In this document: piece by piece, positions 30,363 to 41,209 of the stretch
Position numbering within the stretch: position 1 is the first letter of the stretch
Layout of the letters: each line of letters begins with the position of its first letter
NCBI GenBank assembly: GCA_963760795.1
Contig: CAVXEP010000004.1
Span: 32,001-96,000 of the forward strand
From: an uncultured delta proteobacterium
Lineage (GTDB): Bacteria; Desulfobacterota; Binatia; UBA9968
Length of the DNA: 64,000 nt
Direction of reading: 5' to 3'
The notes under the pieces: model-generated
What the model saw: the letters and a program-made list of their open reading frames with translations, nothing else
Database searches by the model: none
What the model was told of the DNA's origin: nothing
Position numbers and translations under genes: made by a program

Positions 30363-31985
30363 CTAATGCAGGATCTGCTTGAAAAAGTCGTTGCCCTTAT
30401 CGTCGACTAAGATAAACGCCGGGAAGTCTTCCACTTCGATCTTGTAGACCGCTTCCATGCCGAGCTCGGGATACTCCAGCAACTCGACCTTCTTGATGTT
30501 CTCCTTGGCCAGGATCGCCGCCGGGCCGCCGATGGAGCCCAAATAAAATCCGCCATACTTCTTGCACGCGTCGGTGACCTGCTGGCTGCGGTTGCCTTTG
30601 GCGAGGGTGATCAGCGCCGCGCCGTTGGCCTGGAACAATTCAACGTAGGAATCCATGCGCCCGGCGGTGGTTGGGCCGAAGGAACCGGACGGCAAACCCG
30701 CCGGGGTCTTCGCCGGGCCGGCGTAGTAGATCGGATGATCTTTCAAATACTGCGGCAGCCCTTCGCCCTTGTCCAAACGTTCTTTCAGTTTGGCGTGGGC
30801 GATATCGCGGGCGACGATCATCGTGCCGTTCAGCGACAGTTGGGTGGTGACGGGATATTTCGACAGTTGCGCGATGATTTCTGGCATCGGCCGGTTGAGA
30901 TCGACCTTGACGACGTTGGCGACAAACTTGCCGCGATACTCTTCGGGAATCAGACGACCCGGCTCCTTTTCCAACTCCTCGAGCCAGATGCCATCCTTGT
31001 TGATCTTGGCTTTGACATTGCGGTCGGCGGAGCAGGACACGCCCATCCCCACCGGGCAGGACGCGCCATGGCGCGGCAAACGAATCACGCGCAAGTCGAG
31101 AGCAAAATATTTTCCACCGAACTGCGCGCCGTAGCCGGACTTGTACGCCTGCTGCAGCATGCGATCTTCGAACTCGGTATCGCGAAAGGCACGCCCATGG
31201 GCGTTGCCGGTGGTCGGCAGATGATCGAGATATCCGGTGGACGCCAGCTTGACGGTCTTCAAACAAGCTTCGGCCGAAGTGCCGCCGATGACGAAAACCA
31301 AATGATACGGCGGGCAGCCGGCAGTGCCCAAGGTCTGCATTTTTTCAGTGAGAAACTTCTCCAGGCTCGCCGGATTGAGCAGTGCTTTGGTCTCTTGATA
31401 CAGCATGGTCTTATTCGCCGAGCCGCCGCCCTTGGTGACGAAGAGAAAATTATACTCCATGCCGTCGGTGGCCATGAGATCGATTTGCGCCGGCAAGTTA
31501 GTGCCGGTGTCGACCTCATCCCACATATTGAGCGGCGCCGTCTGCGAGTAACGGAGATTCTCTTCGGTGTAGGTTTTATAAATCCCCTTGGCGATGTGCT
31601 CTTCGTCTTTCACGCCGGTCCACACCTGCTGGCCTTTTTTGCCGACGACAGTGGCCGTGCCGGTATCCTGGCAAAACGGCAGGATGCCCTTGGACGAAGT
31701 GTCGGCGTTGCGCAGCATCGCCAGCGCGACATAGCGGTCGTTTTGCGAGGCATCGGGATCTTTCAGGATCGCCGCGACTTTTTCCAGGTGCGCCGTGCGC
31801 AAGAGGAACGACACATCGCGGATCGCCACGTTGGCGAGATGGGTCAGCCCTTCGGGCGCGACTTTGAGAATATCCTTGCCCTCGAACTGGGTCACCGAGA
31901 CATGCTCTTTGGTGAGCAGACGGTATTTGGTGGTGTCTTTCCCCAGCGGCAACGGATCTTGGTACACGAATTCAGGAGTGGCCAT
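30363..31985 (-). CDS. fumA: Fumarate hydratase class I (Fe-S)
   Basis: [38 protein letters not shown]. Confidence 0.93.
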   Translation of the reverse strand: MATPEFVYQDPLPLGKDTTKYRLLTKEHVSVTQFEGKDILKVAPEGLTHLANVAIRDVSFLLRTAHLEKVAAILKDPDASQNDRYVALAMLRNADTSSKGILPFCQDTGTATVVGKKGQQVWTGVKDEEHIAKGIYKTYTEENLRYSQTAPLNMWDEVDTGTNLPAQIDLMATDGMEYNFLFVTKGGGSANKTMLYQETKALLNPASLEKFLTEKMQTLGTAGCPPYHLVFVIGGTSAEACLKTVKLASTGYLDHLPTTGNAHGRAFRDTEFEDRMLQQAYKSGYGAQFGGKYFALDLRVIRLPRHGASCPVGMGVSCSADRNVKAKINKDGIWLEELEKEPGRLIPEEYRGKFVANVVKVDLNRPMPEIIAQLSKYPVTTQLSLNGTMIVARDIAHAKLKERLDKGEGLPQYLKDHPIYYAGPAKTPAGLPSGSFGPTTAGRMDSYVELFQANGAALITLAKGNRSQQVTDACKKYGGFYLGSIGGPAAILAKENIKKVELLEYPELGMEAVYKIEVEDFPAFILVDDKGNDFFKQILH

Positions 31986-32115
31986 GACGTTTTCTACCTC
32001 GTAGGATTTGTCACAATCCTAATGGAAAAAATCGCGGTTGTCGACGCGCTCCAGGGCCGGCACGTGTTGACACTACCGGGCCGTCTCATTTACCGTGCCG
32101 AACATCGGAGGAATC

Positions 32116-33099
32116 ATGAAATTCTGGCTCGCATCATTGCTCGCAACCTTAATTCTAGCATCGTCCGCACAGGCACAAACCCTCGATCAACTGATCGCCG
32201 GCGCCAAGAACGAAGGCAAGCTGGTAATCTACGCCTCCGCCGCGGCCCAGCAGCTGCAGATGTACATGGCCGCCTTCGGCAAACGCTACCCATTTATCAA
32301 GACCGAATACTTCCGCACCGACAAACAGAAACTGGTCACCCGCGTTCTCCTGGAAGAGCAAGCCAAGCAGCGCCTGGCCGACGTGGTTCACACCAGCGTC
32401 ATCGAAACCCATATCTTGAAAAAGCGCGGCGCGCTGAGCCGCTACCTGCCGATGGAAGCGGCGTCCTACCCGAGCCAATACAAAGACCCCGAAGGTTACT
32501 GGACTTCGGTTTACGCCAGCGGCACGCTGATGGGCTTCAACACCCGCCAGGTCAAGCGCGCCGAAGCGCCGAAGAGCTACGACGACCTCTTGAACCCGCG
32601 CTGGAAGAACGCCATCGCCGTCGACAACACCAAGATCGAATGGTTCTCCATGCTGCTCAAGCTCAAGGGCCGCGGATTTATGGAAAAACTCGCGGCGCAA
32701 AACGGACCGGTGATGGCCGGTAATACCAATTTGCTTAATCTGCTCGCCGCCGGCGAGTTCGCCATCATGGCCGGAGTGTACGAGTACTCCGTCGATAATT
32801 TGAAGAACAAAGGCGCGCCGGTGGACTGGATCGGCCTCGAACCGGTGATCGTCTACACCGTCGCCGCTTCGTTGCCATCGCAACCGGCCCATCCTTTCGC
32901 CGCCAAGCTGTTCATCGAATGGCTGCTCACCAAGGAAGGCCAGGACGTGATCAATCAATACGGCCGCGTTCCCATCCGTGACGACATCGACTCGAAATAC
33001 GGCAGGCTTTTAAAGCAACACAAACTACTCATGACCGACGTCGACCTGAGCCAACGCGAAGTCGAAGTCAACGAGATGATCCGGAAGTTGTTCCGGTGA
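32116..33099 (+). CDS. ABC substrate-binding protein (Fe3+-type)
   Basis: GGAGG RBS, signal peptide, AKNEGKLVIY, KGAPVDW, AHPFAAKLF. Confidence 0.88.
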   Translation: MKFWLASLLATLILASSAQAQTLDQLIAGAKNEGKLVIYASAAAQQLQMYMAAFGKRYPFIKTEYFRTDKQKLVTRVLLEEQAKQRLADVVHTSVIETHILKKRGALSRYLPMEAASYPSQYKDPEGYWTSVYASGTLMGFNTRQVKRAEAPKSYDDLLNPRWKNAIAVDNTKIEWFSMLLKLKGRGFMEKLAAQNGPVMAGNTNLLNLLAAGEFAIMAGVYEYSVDNLKNKGAPVDWIGLEPVIVYTVAASLPSQPAHPFAAKLFIEWLLTKEGQDVINQYGRVPIRDDIDSKYGRLLKQHKLLMTDVDLSQREVEVNEMIRKLFR

Positions 33100-33102
33100 A
33101 TT

Positions 33103-33201
33103 CTTTTGTGCCCTTTGCGTTCTTTGCGGCCAAACTCCCCATTCCGAACCAGGCCGGTCCCGACCGACCTACTTTGTGAACTTTGTGCTCTTTGTGGTGA
33201 A
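33103..33201. repeat. CTTTGCG/CTTTGTG repeat arms
   Basis: ctttgcgttctttgcggcc; ctttgtgaactttgtgctctttgtggtgaa. Confidence 0.75.
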
Positions 33202-33218
33202 TTCCCTGTCTTTCTGAA

Positions 33219-35636
33219 TTGAGGCTCGTCATCGCCACCGAACAACTTCACACCTACTGCGCCATGTGCACGTCGCGTTGCGGTGTCATCGCGACGGTCG
33301 ACGACGGCCGGCTCACGCAGGTCAATGCCGATCCCGATCATCCCAACGGCTGTATTTGCGTCAAAGGCACCGCCGCGCCGGAGATCGTCTACTCGCCGGA
33401 CCGTCTGCTTCGGCCTCTGCTGCGCACCCGCGCCAAAGGCGACCCCAACCCCGGCTGGGTGGAGATCACTTGGAATCAAGCGCTCAGTCTTGCCGCGCTG
33501 CGCCTCAGTGACATCAAAGACAACTACGGCGCCGAAGCCGTGGTGTTTTCGCGCGCAACGACCGCCGGCACCGCTGCCATCGACTTCGACGGCTGGGTGC
33601 AGCGCTTGGCCAATGCTTTCGGCAGTCCGAATTTACTCACGTCGAATCACATCTGCACCTGGAACCGCCGCGTCGGCTCCAAATACACCTATGGCAGCGG
33701 CATACCGCTGCCCGACCTCGACAACACTCAGTGCATGCTCATCTGGGGCATCAATCCACCGGCAACTTCGCCGGCCCAAGCCATGCGCATCACTCGCGCG
33801 CGCAATCGCGGCGCCAAGCTGATCGTCATCGACCCGCGCAAAACAACTCTCGCGGCCAAGGCCGACTGCTGGCTGCGCATTCGTCCCGGCAAAGACGGCG
33901 AGCTGGCGATGGCGATGATCCACGTATTGCTGGAAGAAAATCTGTTCGACGCCGATTTCGCGCGCGCCTGGACCAACGGCCCATTCTTAATTCGCTCCGA
34001 CAACAATCAACTGCTGACGGAACTGGACCTCATTGCCGGTGGCGATTCTCGCACTCATTACGTCAGCGATGAAGGAAGCGGCCGTCTAATCCCGCTTCGA
34101 GCCCAGAGGAGCGCGGGTTTTCCAACCCGCGACAAAAACGCGGACAAGAATGTCCGCGCTCCTATCGAACCAGTAAAGCGCAACGCTGCTCTGTTCGGTG
34201 CATACGAAGTAACGCTCGCCGGCGGCAAGACCGTTACTTGCCGACCTGCTCTTGAAGTCTTGAAAGAAGCTGCCGCCCATTTCGCACCGGAGCGAAGCGA
34301 ACAGATCACCACAGTACCAGCAGCGGAAGTTCGCAGAGCTGTCCGGCTATTCGCCAAAGAAAAGCCGTCAAGCTACTGCACCTGGGTCGGCCTCGAACAA
34401 GACAACGACGCCATGCAAACCAACCGCGCCGTTTCTATCTTCTACGCGCTCACCGGACAATTCGACCAGCGCGGCAGCAATGTGCTATTCGCCACAACAC
34501 CGACGAATCCAATTAACGGCCGCGAGCTACTAGCGAAAGAGCAGGGAAGATTACGCCTCGGCCTCGACAGCCACCCACTCGGGCCACCGGCAGATCCAGG
34601 CTTAGTCCAAGCCGCCGAAGTCTACGACGCGATCCTCACCGGCAAACCGTATCCGGTAAAAGCGGCAGTCTTGTTCGGCACCGATCCTCTCTTAGGCCAC
34701 GGCGACCCGCTGCGCGGCAAAGCCGCCCTCGAAGCGCTCGACTTCTACGTGCACGTCGACACAACGCTAAATCCCAGCGCCCACTTCGCCGACTTGATAT
34801 TGCCGGCAACCACCTGCTGGGAGCGCGAAGCGTTGCTGCCCTTCTCCGAAATCGCCGAGGATACGATGAACTGGGCACAGCTGCGCCCGGCAGTCGCCAA
34901 AGCCGTTGGCGAGTCGCGCTCCGAAGCGGAGATCGTCTTCGACTTGGCCAAGCGTTTGGACCTGACCGAACATTTCTTCGGCGGCAATATCGAAGCCGCC
35001 CTCGCCTATCAACTCGCGCCGTCTGGATTAACGACCGAGCAGCTGCGAGCCAACCCAATCGGCATGCGCGCTTCAGTCTCAACGCGACACAGAAAATATG
35101 CCGAGATCGATACCGTCACAGGGCAGGCCAAAGGGTTCAACACACCGACAGGCAAGATCGAAATCTATTCGACAGCGTTCGCCAACGCCGGCTATCCGCC
35201 CATCCCCCACTTCGAATCGAACGAACCAGAAAACGCCAACTATCCGCTCACGCTGACATTCTACCGCGACATCCACTTCTGCGACCAACAACACCGCAAC
35301 ATCCCACGCCTGCGCCGCGCCTTGCCCGAACCATTCGTCGAAATACATCCGAGCACAGCGGAGGCCAATGGAATTGCCGAAGGTGAATGGATGATTGTGG
35401 AAACCGCGACCGGCAAAGTAAAACTGAAAGCGAAATTCAACGACTCATTACACCCGCATGTCGTCGCCACCGTCTACGGTTGGTGGCAGGGCTGCCAAGA
35501 ACTGAAGCTCAACGGCCACGATCCGTTCAGTGCGAACGGCGCGAATGCAAATCTTTTGATTCCGAACAGGGACAACGATCGGATCAGTGCATCGGTCGCA
35601 CATCGTGGCCAGCGATGTCGAGTGATCAAGCAATAG
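33219..35636 (+). CDS. Molybdopterin-dependent oxidoreductase (DMSO reductase family), cytoplasmic
   Basis: CAMCTSRC...CVKG [4Fe-4S] motif, LIVIDPR, ADLILPA, C-terminal binding domain; no TAT signal. Confidence 0.92.
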   Translation: MRLVIATEQLHTYCAMCTSRCGVIATVDDGRLTQVNADPDHPNGCICVKGTAAPEIVYSPDRLLRPLLRTRAKGDPNPGWVEITWNQALSLAALRLSDIKDNYGAEAVVFSRATTAGTAAIDFDGWVQRLANAFGSPNLLTSNHICTWNRRVGSKYTYGSGIPLPDLDNTQCMLIWGINPPATSPAQAMRITRARNRGAKLIVIDPRKTTLAAKADCWLRIRPGKDGELAMAMIHVLLEENLFDADFARAWTNGPFLIRSDNNQLLTELDLIAGGDSRTHYVSDEGSGRLIPLRAQRSAGFPTRDKNADKNVRAPIEPVKRNAALFGAYEVTLAGGKTVTCRPALEVLKEAAAHFAPERSEQITTVPAAEVRRAVRLFAKEKPSSYCTWVGLEQDNDAMQTNRAVSIFYALTGQFDQRGSNVLFATTPTNPINGRELLAKEQGRLRLGLDSHPLGPPADPGLVQAAEVYDAILTGKPYPVKAAVLFGTDPLLGHGDPLRGKAALEALDFYVHVDTTLNPSAHFADLILPATTCWEREALLPFSEIAEDTMNWAQLRPAVAKAVGESRSEAEIVFDLAKRLDLTEHFFGGNIEAALAYQLAPSGLTTEQLRANPIGMRASVSTRHRKYAEIDTVTGQAKGFNTPTGKIEIYSTAFANAGYPPIPHFESNEPENANYPLTLTFYRDIHFCDQQHRNIPRLRRALPEPFVEIHPSTAEANGIAEGEWMIVETATGKVKLKAKFNDSLHPHVVATVYGWWQGCQELKLNGHDPFSANGANANLLIPNRDNDRISASVAHRGQRCRVIKQ
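34107..34163. repeat. REP-like doublet in frame within the oxidoreductase CDS
   Basis: aggagcgc + gcgggtt-ttcc-aacccgc + gcggaca-agaa-tgtccgc + gcgctcct; 57 nt = 19 codons. Confidence 0.8.
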
Positions 35637-35854
35637 CGGACAGCGTCGAGAGAATGTTAGGCAAGGCGGCGCGGGAACTTGGCGAGCGTGTCGACGCGTT
35701 CGATCTTGCTGCGAAGATCCTAGCTTTCTGGAAAATATCACATTAACTCAAGCGAGACTGATAGCAGCTACCCTGATGCTTAGCCGAGGGCGAGCCTTAT
35801 TATTCAACGATTCCATTCCTGTTGGGGCTCAGCAGCAACTCGTTACCCCATTAA

Positions 35855-36820
35855 TCAGTTTAAGGCCAGAAACAACTCCTCCACCGCCATCTTCTTCGCC
35901 ATCAATCCCTGATCGAGCGAATAGCCGACGAAACGTTCCAGATTGGCGCGGTTGTTTTCCAAACCCAACGGCCAGGGATCACCCAGCAACTTTTCTTCTT
36001 CCTCGAAAGCTTGTCTGCCCCATGCGAGCCACGACCAGTTCGGATCGGCGTAGAACTCGCGGCAGATCTTTTTGGCTTCGCCAAATGCTTTGAACAGGCT
36101 AGAGGCGGCTTCGGGATACTTCTTCAGAACGTCATCTTTGAACGCGACCACATGCATGATCGGAAAGAAGCCGTTCTTTTTGTAGTAGCGCAGGTCGGCG
36201 GCTTTGGGATCGTCGAACAGCCGCTTGATTTTCTTCGAGCCGCGCAGCACCGGCTTGGGCGGGTGCGGCGTCATCATCGCGCTGATCTCGCCCTTCTCCA
36301 GCATGTCGCCGGCGTTGGCGCTCTCCGCCAGCTGCTCGATCTTCACGCCCTTTTCCGGCTCGAATTCGATATTGTCTTTTTTGCTGAGCAGCCAGTGGAT
36401 CTTGCGCCAGGGCACGTCGAATTCACTCTGCAAGTCGCCCTTGGACAGAGTCGCCAGGGTATTTTGAAAACTGTGCAGGCCGACTTTTTTGCCAATCAAG
36501 TCTTTCGGCTCGTTGATGCCGGCGTCGACATTGATCCACATCTGCGAGTGGCTGAACAGCCGGCGCGGGAATACCGGGATCGCCGTGAACGGCATGCCGC
36601 GGCTCTTGGCCATCAAGTACGACGACAGCGACAACTCGGCAACATCGAACTCGGCTTTTTGCAGCATGCGCTCGTGGCGCTCTTCGCCGTCGCGCTGGCG
36701 GTCCGACTGACCGACGATCAGGACATTCAGATCGATGCCTTCCGCCTGCACCGTGCCGTCGAAGAACGGCACATGCCGGTCGTAGTGCGATAAGGCGATA
36801 GTGATTTTCGGATTTGCCAT
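35855..36820 (-). CDS. 4,5-dihydroxyphthalate decarboxylase-like protein (PBP fold)
   Basis: YDRH..DGTV, FDVAELSLSSY, AIPVFPRRLF, GFFPIMHVV, DPWPLGL; no signal peptide. Confidence 0.8.
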   Translation of the reverse strand: MANPKITIALSHYDRHVPFFDGTVQAEGIDLNVLIVGQSDRQRDGEERHERMLQKAEFDVAELSLSSYLMAKSRGMPFTAIPVFPRRLFSHSQMWINVDAGINEPKDLIGKKVGLHSFQNTLATLSKGDLQSEFDVPWRKIHWLLSKKDNIEFEPEKGVKIEQLAESANAGDMLEKGEISAMMTPHPPKPVLRGSKKIKRLFDDPKAADLRYYKKNGFFPIMHVVAFKDDVLKKYPEAASSLFKAFGEAKKICREFYADPNWSWLAWGRQAFEEEEKLLGDPWPLGLENNRANLERFVGYSLDQGLMAKKMAVEELFLALN

Positions 36821-37171
36821 GCGTTTCCTCCAGGATGAACTACATCAGACCATGACCTTCATCGCTTCAATCCGCTAGCAATGCCTCAAGAACAAATAAA
36901 CGTAGCTCGTTTCTGGGGAAGCCTCCAACTGTTCCAGCAACGACGAATCTGGGCACATCGTTCCGAAATAGCAGCTTCAAGAACGGCGCTTGCTCGACTA
37001 GCGTAACGGCTATCGCCGAATGGCCGGCGTAGTTGAAATGATGATCGTTGGTTCTCTTCTAACCTAAGCGGGCATACCGCGGCCGTTGCACAGCCGAGAT
37101 AGAAGTCGGATTGCAATGCGGCTTGGGTTCGAGCTTGCGAAGCGCAGTCTTGACCAGTTGGCCGCTTCGTC

Positions 37172-37348
37172 TCACTTCGATTTGGTCGCTTCCTTAACAG
37201 AATCCACCGCTTTCTCCATCGCTTGACCCGCCTCTTTAGCCGCTTTGTCAATTTCTTTACCGGCCTTCTCCCCAGGACCTTCTTTTTGGCAAGCCGAAAG
37301 AGTCAATCCCAAAAGCACCACGGTAACTAGCAAGTTTAATTTTGACAT
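37172..37348 (-). CDS. Small lipoprotein (58 aa), absent from ORF track
   Basis: MSKLNLLVTVVLLGLTLSAC-QKEGPGEKAGKEIDK...; lipobox LSAC; AGGAGG RBS. Confidence 0.85.
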   Translation of the reverse strand: MSKLNLLVTVVLLGLTLSACQKEGPGEKAGKEIDKAAKEAGQAMEKAVDSVKEATKSK

Positions 37349-37417
37349 ATCTGCGCGCCTCCTGTTTATTTTATGGTCATACTACCCATCTCAGAATCCT
37401 GCAATGATCAATTGCCG

Positions 37418-38741
37418 TCAGGCTACTACCAGTAGCTTGGTGAGATCTCGAACGCTGCTTATCGACTCGATGCGACGAACCGAATCGATAATCTGATCGA
37501 CATTATTTTTCCCCAGCACCGGCTCCATCAACCACGCCGCTTTCTTTTCGACTTCTTCCGGGTTCATGGGATTTTCCGGACGGCCGCGGCAGTCGATCAC
37601 ATGCTCGCGCACCATTCCGACCGTCTTTCAGCGTGACTTCGACCAGACCCTGGAATCGATGGCCGGATTTTTCCATCTCGTCGTCGGCAATCAGTTGAAC
37701 TTTTTCCTTGAGCGCCAGTACCCGCGGGTTTTGAAATCGCGCGTAATCATGGGCCATGTCGAAGGTCAGCTTCCCTTCGATCAAGATTGCCGCCACCATG
37801 AACTGCACGTTGACATCAGGCATATGGCGGTTGTTGACCGTGCGCGCGCCGCTCTCGGGAATGCGCACGACCACCTTGCTGATCTCATCGGCATTAACCG
37901 ATTGCTTGGCGAGCATCGCCAAGGTCGCGTCGACAGTCTCCATCATCGGCGAACCGACCGGATATTTCTTGATCAGACAACTGGTGATGGTGAAGCGCTG
38001 GCCGAGCTCGGCGAGAATTTTCGCCGGATCGCAGGGAGCGTAAGTCTTGATGATTCCCTGATCGCCTTCAAGCACGTCACGATTGCCGGTGAAGCCCGAC
38101 TTGATCAAAAGCGCCGCCGTGACACCGTTGCGCGCGGGCATGGCCGCATAGTCGAAGGCTTTTTCGATATGATCGTCATCGCCGACCCAGGCGCGCGATC
38201 CCGACGCTTGTTGCGCCGCATAGGAAATTAAATAACGCATTTGCATGGCATCCAAGGCAGCCAGCGTGCCGGCAGCGGTGGCGCAGCCGAACGTCGCGCC
38301 AAACGTCGTCGATCGCGGCTCGAAAGCTTGATGGAAGCGAAAGCCGATGTCGTACCCGAGTATAACCGCGCGCAGCAAAGCTTCGCCGCCGCGGTTTTGC
38401 GACTCTGCCAGCGCCAGCGCGGCAGGCACGATCGCACAGCCGGGATGAAGCTGACTGTTGGAATCGTCGGTCTCGTCGGCATGCCCCGACATGCCGTTGG
38501 CGAAAGCCGCCATGATCGGCGTCGTTTTGAAATTCGTACCCAGGACGCTGCACTCTTCCCGGCCACCCTGCTCGCGCGCGTGTTGCAGGCCAAGCTTGCC
38601 GGGCTTCAACGTCGATCCGGAGACCACCGCTGCCAGCGAATCCAAAAGATGGCTTTTGCCCTTTTGCACGACATGCGCCGGCAATAGAACCTGTCGCGCC
38701 GCCAACATGTATTCGACTAAGGAATCGATAATTTTCGCCAT
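37418..38741 (-). CDS. MmgE/PrpD family protein, frameshift near 37612
   Basis: ANGMSGHADETDD, HPG, IKKYP; C-terminus RGRPENPM in another frame. Confidence 0.88.
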
Positions 38742-38903
38742 GGCGCCTCCAAGAGGGAACCCATACTGGACTACTGAAGTGTCGCCCGCCTGTCAACATA
38801 AAGTTGACAGCGATCCATCCTGTGGGTTAGCGTGGCCGCACATTCAGTGGAATAAGCAGCCGTCGAACTAGCACTGCAGTCATCGTTGCAAACGGAGGTT
38901 TCG

Positions 38904-40439
38904 ATGCACATAAGCTCCTGGTGCTCTAGGCGCGGAAAGTTTTTCCATCGTATCCTCATCGTCACCGCGGTTTTTCTCGCGATCGGCACGTCTGCACGCC
39001 TCTCATCCGCCCAGTCGCGCAGCCGAGTCATCGTCGCCCATGGCGTCGGCATTTATTCCTTGAATCCTTATGCGGTCAACACCTCACCGCTGGTAGCAGC
39101 TTGGGGTTCGCTCATGGAATCACTCATCGAGCCGGACTACGAGAAGCGCAGCTACCGCGGCGTGTTGGCCGAATCTTGGCAGTTAAAAGGAACCCGGCTT
39201 GAATTCAAATTGCGCAAGGGAGTGCGCTTTCACGACGGCTCGCCGTTCACCGCCGCCGATGTCATCGCTTCGTTCAAACGCATCCTCACCGACAAGAACA
39301 GTTTGCAAGCGCCCAATCTTGAGAATGTCAAAGACATGGAGGCGCCGGACCCCCATACGGTCATCATTAACTTGAAAAGGCTCGATGCCAACATCCTCGA
39401 GGACATCAACAACCGGGTCATCATGAAGAAAGCGGCAGCGGAAAAAATGGGCGAGGCTGACGATCGGCCCGTCGGCACCGGCCCCTTTAAATTCACCAGT
39501 TGGGAACGCAGCGGCCAATTCGTGATCCGCCGCAATGAGAGCTATTGGGGGCAGCCGGCAAAAATCGACGAAGTGGTTTATAAGTCTATACAAGAAGACG
39601 CGGCGCGCATCGCCGCCCTAGAAGCCGGCCAGGTCGATGTCATCAGCAACATCCCGCCGCACGAAGTCGGCCGTTTGAAAGCCAATCCGCGGCTGCGAGT
39701 TCAACAGGTGCAAGGACTGCGGCCGCTCTTTCTCGTGCTCAGCCCGCACTACAAACCGCTCGATAACCCCAAACTGCGGCGCGCCATGAGTCATGCGATC
39801 GATCGCGAGCGGATTATCAAACATATACTGGAAGGCAACGCCTATCCGTTGACCGGTCTGCTCAGTCCTCAGGTGTTCGGCTACGACTCGGGCGCCAAGG
39901 CCTATGCGTACGATCCGGAAAAAGCCAAGCAACTGCTTGTCGAAGCCGGCTTTCCCAACGGTTTTGAGATCGACTACTTCAGTCCAACCGGCAGATATCC
40001 CAAGGACAAGGAAGTCGCTCTGGTGATTGTCGAACAGCTTTCCCGCGTCGGCATTAAAGCCAATCTCAAGACGCCGGAATGGGCGATTTTCAACACCGAT
40101 TATAAGAAAGGCAAATATCCCATGTACCTGACCGGCCGCGGCAGCCTGGTCGACGCCGACGCGCTATTTCAACAATACTTCAGAACCGGTGTCACTCCCC
40201 GCGTGCTCGGCTACAGCAACCCCAAGCTCGATGAAATCCTCGATCTCGAGCAACAAACCTTCGACAGCAAGAAGCGCGAGAAACTGTTGCAAGACGCGCA
40301 TCGAATAATTCTCGAGGACGCGCCAGCGATTCCGTTATGGAACGCCATGGATATTTACGCCCACCGCGCCGATCTTGTCTGGACCGCGCCGCCGGACGAG
40401 AAGGTTCAATTAAAGCAAGCGAGCTTCAAGACGAAATAG
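38904..40439 (+). CDS. ABC peptide/nickel substrate-binding protein (family 5)
   Basis: LAESW, FKLRKGVRFHDGSPFTAADV, GTGPFK, YDPEKAKQLL. Confidence 0.92.
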   Translation: MHISSWCSRRGKFFHRILIVTAVFLAIGTSARLSSAQSRSRVIVAHGVGIYSLNPYAVNTSPLVAAWGSLMESLIEPDYEKRSYRGVLAESWQLKGTRLEFKLRKGVRFHDGSPFTAADVIASFKRILTDKNSLQAPNLENVKDMEAPDPHTVIINLKRLDANILEDINNRVIMKKAAAEKMGEADDRPVGTGPFKFTSWERSGQFVIRRNESYWGQPAKIDEVVYKSIQEDAARIAALEAGQVDVISNIPPHEVGRLKANPRLRVQQVQGLRPLFLVLSPHYKPLDNPKLRRAMSHAIDRERIIKHILEGNAYPLTGLLSPQVFGYDSGAKAYAYDPEKAKQLLVEAGFPNGFEIDYFSPTGRYPKDKEVALVIVEQLSRVGIKANLKTPEWAIFNTDYKKGKYPMYLTGRGSLVDADALFQQYFRTGVTPRVLGYSNPKLDEILDLEQQTFDSKKREKLLQDAHRIILEDAPAIPLWNAMDIYAHRADLVWTAPPDEKVQLKQASFKTK

Positions 40440-40461
40440 CCCGCGCCGCGTTCAAACTGAT

Positions 40462-41004
40462 TCACGGCTCACGCCGAATGGGATCGATCGCCATGAGCAA
40501 CCGCGCCACCCCCGGCCGGTCGGCTGGATTTTGGCTGCGATGGGCGAAGAGAATATTGCCTTCGCGATCGAGTAAGAAGTCGCCACCGGACTGATAGATA
40601 TCATCACCCCTGTAAGCCTCCTGCCTCATGCCGCCGCGCAAAAGTTTCCAGTACAACTTCAACGCGGCGGGCGAGAATACTTGGAACCACGACAACCGCT
40701 TTAAAGCGAAAGCGTTATACGCCTGGCGCTCGGGGTCGGCGAGCATGATGAACGGCCACCGATGGCGCTGTTGGTATTGCGCCAGCTGCGCCGGCTTAGC
40801 AAACGACACCACCGCAACGACGACGCCGCGCCGGCCGAACTCACCATGTCGTTGCCGCACCTCGCCGAGATGCGCTTGGCAAGGCAGTCAAGCCAGGTGA
40901 CGCAGAAAAATCAGCAGGAGATATTTGTCGAATTGTCCGGCGAGACTGGCCGGCTGGCCGTCGAGGGTCAGCAGCGGCAATTGTGCGAGGTCAATCTTTT
41001 CCAC
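40462..41004 (-). CDS. AhpC/TSA-like thioredoxin-fold selenoprotein (UxxC)
   Basis: In-frame TGA at 40888-40890 in FLRHLA-U-LPC; coding text on both sides; DPER..Y, QSGGDF motifs. Confidence 0.85.
40852..40882 (-). promoter_or_regulatory. Candidate bacterial SECIS element
   Basis: 5 nt after UGA: UUGCC-aagc-GCAUCUC-ggc-GAGGUGC-GGCAA stem-loop with G-led apical loop. Confidence 0.7.
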
Positions 41005-41047
41005 GTCGTACGACAAAATTTGCCTGGCTTATCCATGTGGTGATACC

Positions 41048-41120
41048 GGAGGGCGACCACAGGGGCGACCCCCTACAGTTCGGATTCCCTTTTGTGAACT
41101 TTGCGTTCTTTGCGGCCAAT
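41048..41120. repeat. Composite GTAG-type REP + CTTTGCG arm
   Basis: gggcgaccacaggggcgaccccctac...ctttgcgttctttgcggcc. Confidence 0.75.
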
Positions 41121-41152
41121 CATCCGAATCCGTTTCATCTTGGTACAAAAAC

Positions 41153-41183
41153 AAAAGGGGCGCTCCGACCTAGCGCCCCTTTT
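41153..41183. terminator. Rho-independent terminator (bidirectional type) of the RRM gene
   Basis: aaaaggggcgct-ccgacct-agcgcccctttt. Confidence 0.8.
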
Positions 41184-41209
41184 CGTTATAGGGAAATAGT
41201 CACTGAAGA

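Noticed and set aside
30735-32723. 662 aa plus-strand ORF and other long antisense ORFs (e.g. 18649..19605, 44446..45747, 59353..60636)
   Set aside because: Shadows of well-supported genes on the opposite strand; expected with high-GC codon bias; no motifs
33219-35636. Acetylene hydratase assignment
   Set aside because: Thr, not the catalytic Asp, follows the second Cys (CAMCTSRC)
36886-37251. 121 aa minus-strand ORF
   Set aside because: Overlaps the better-supported lipoprotein in another frame; no RBS or motif
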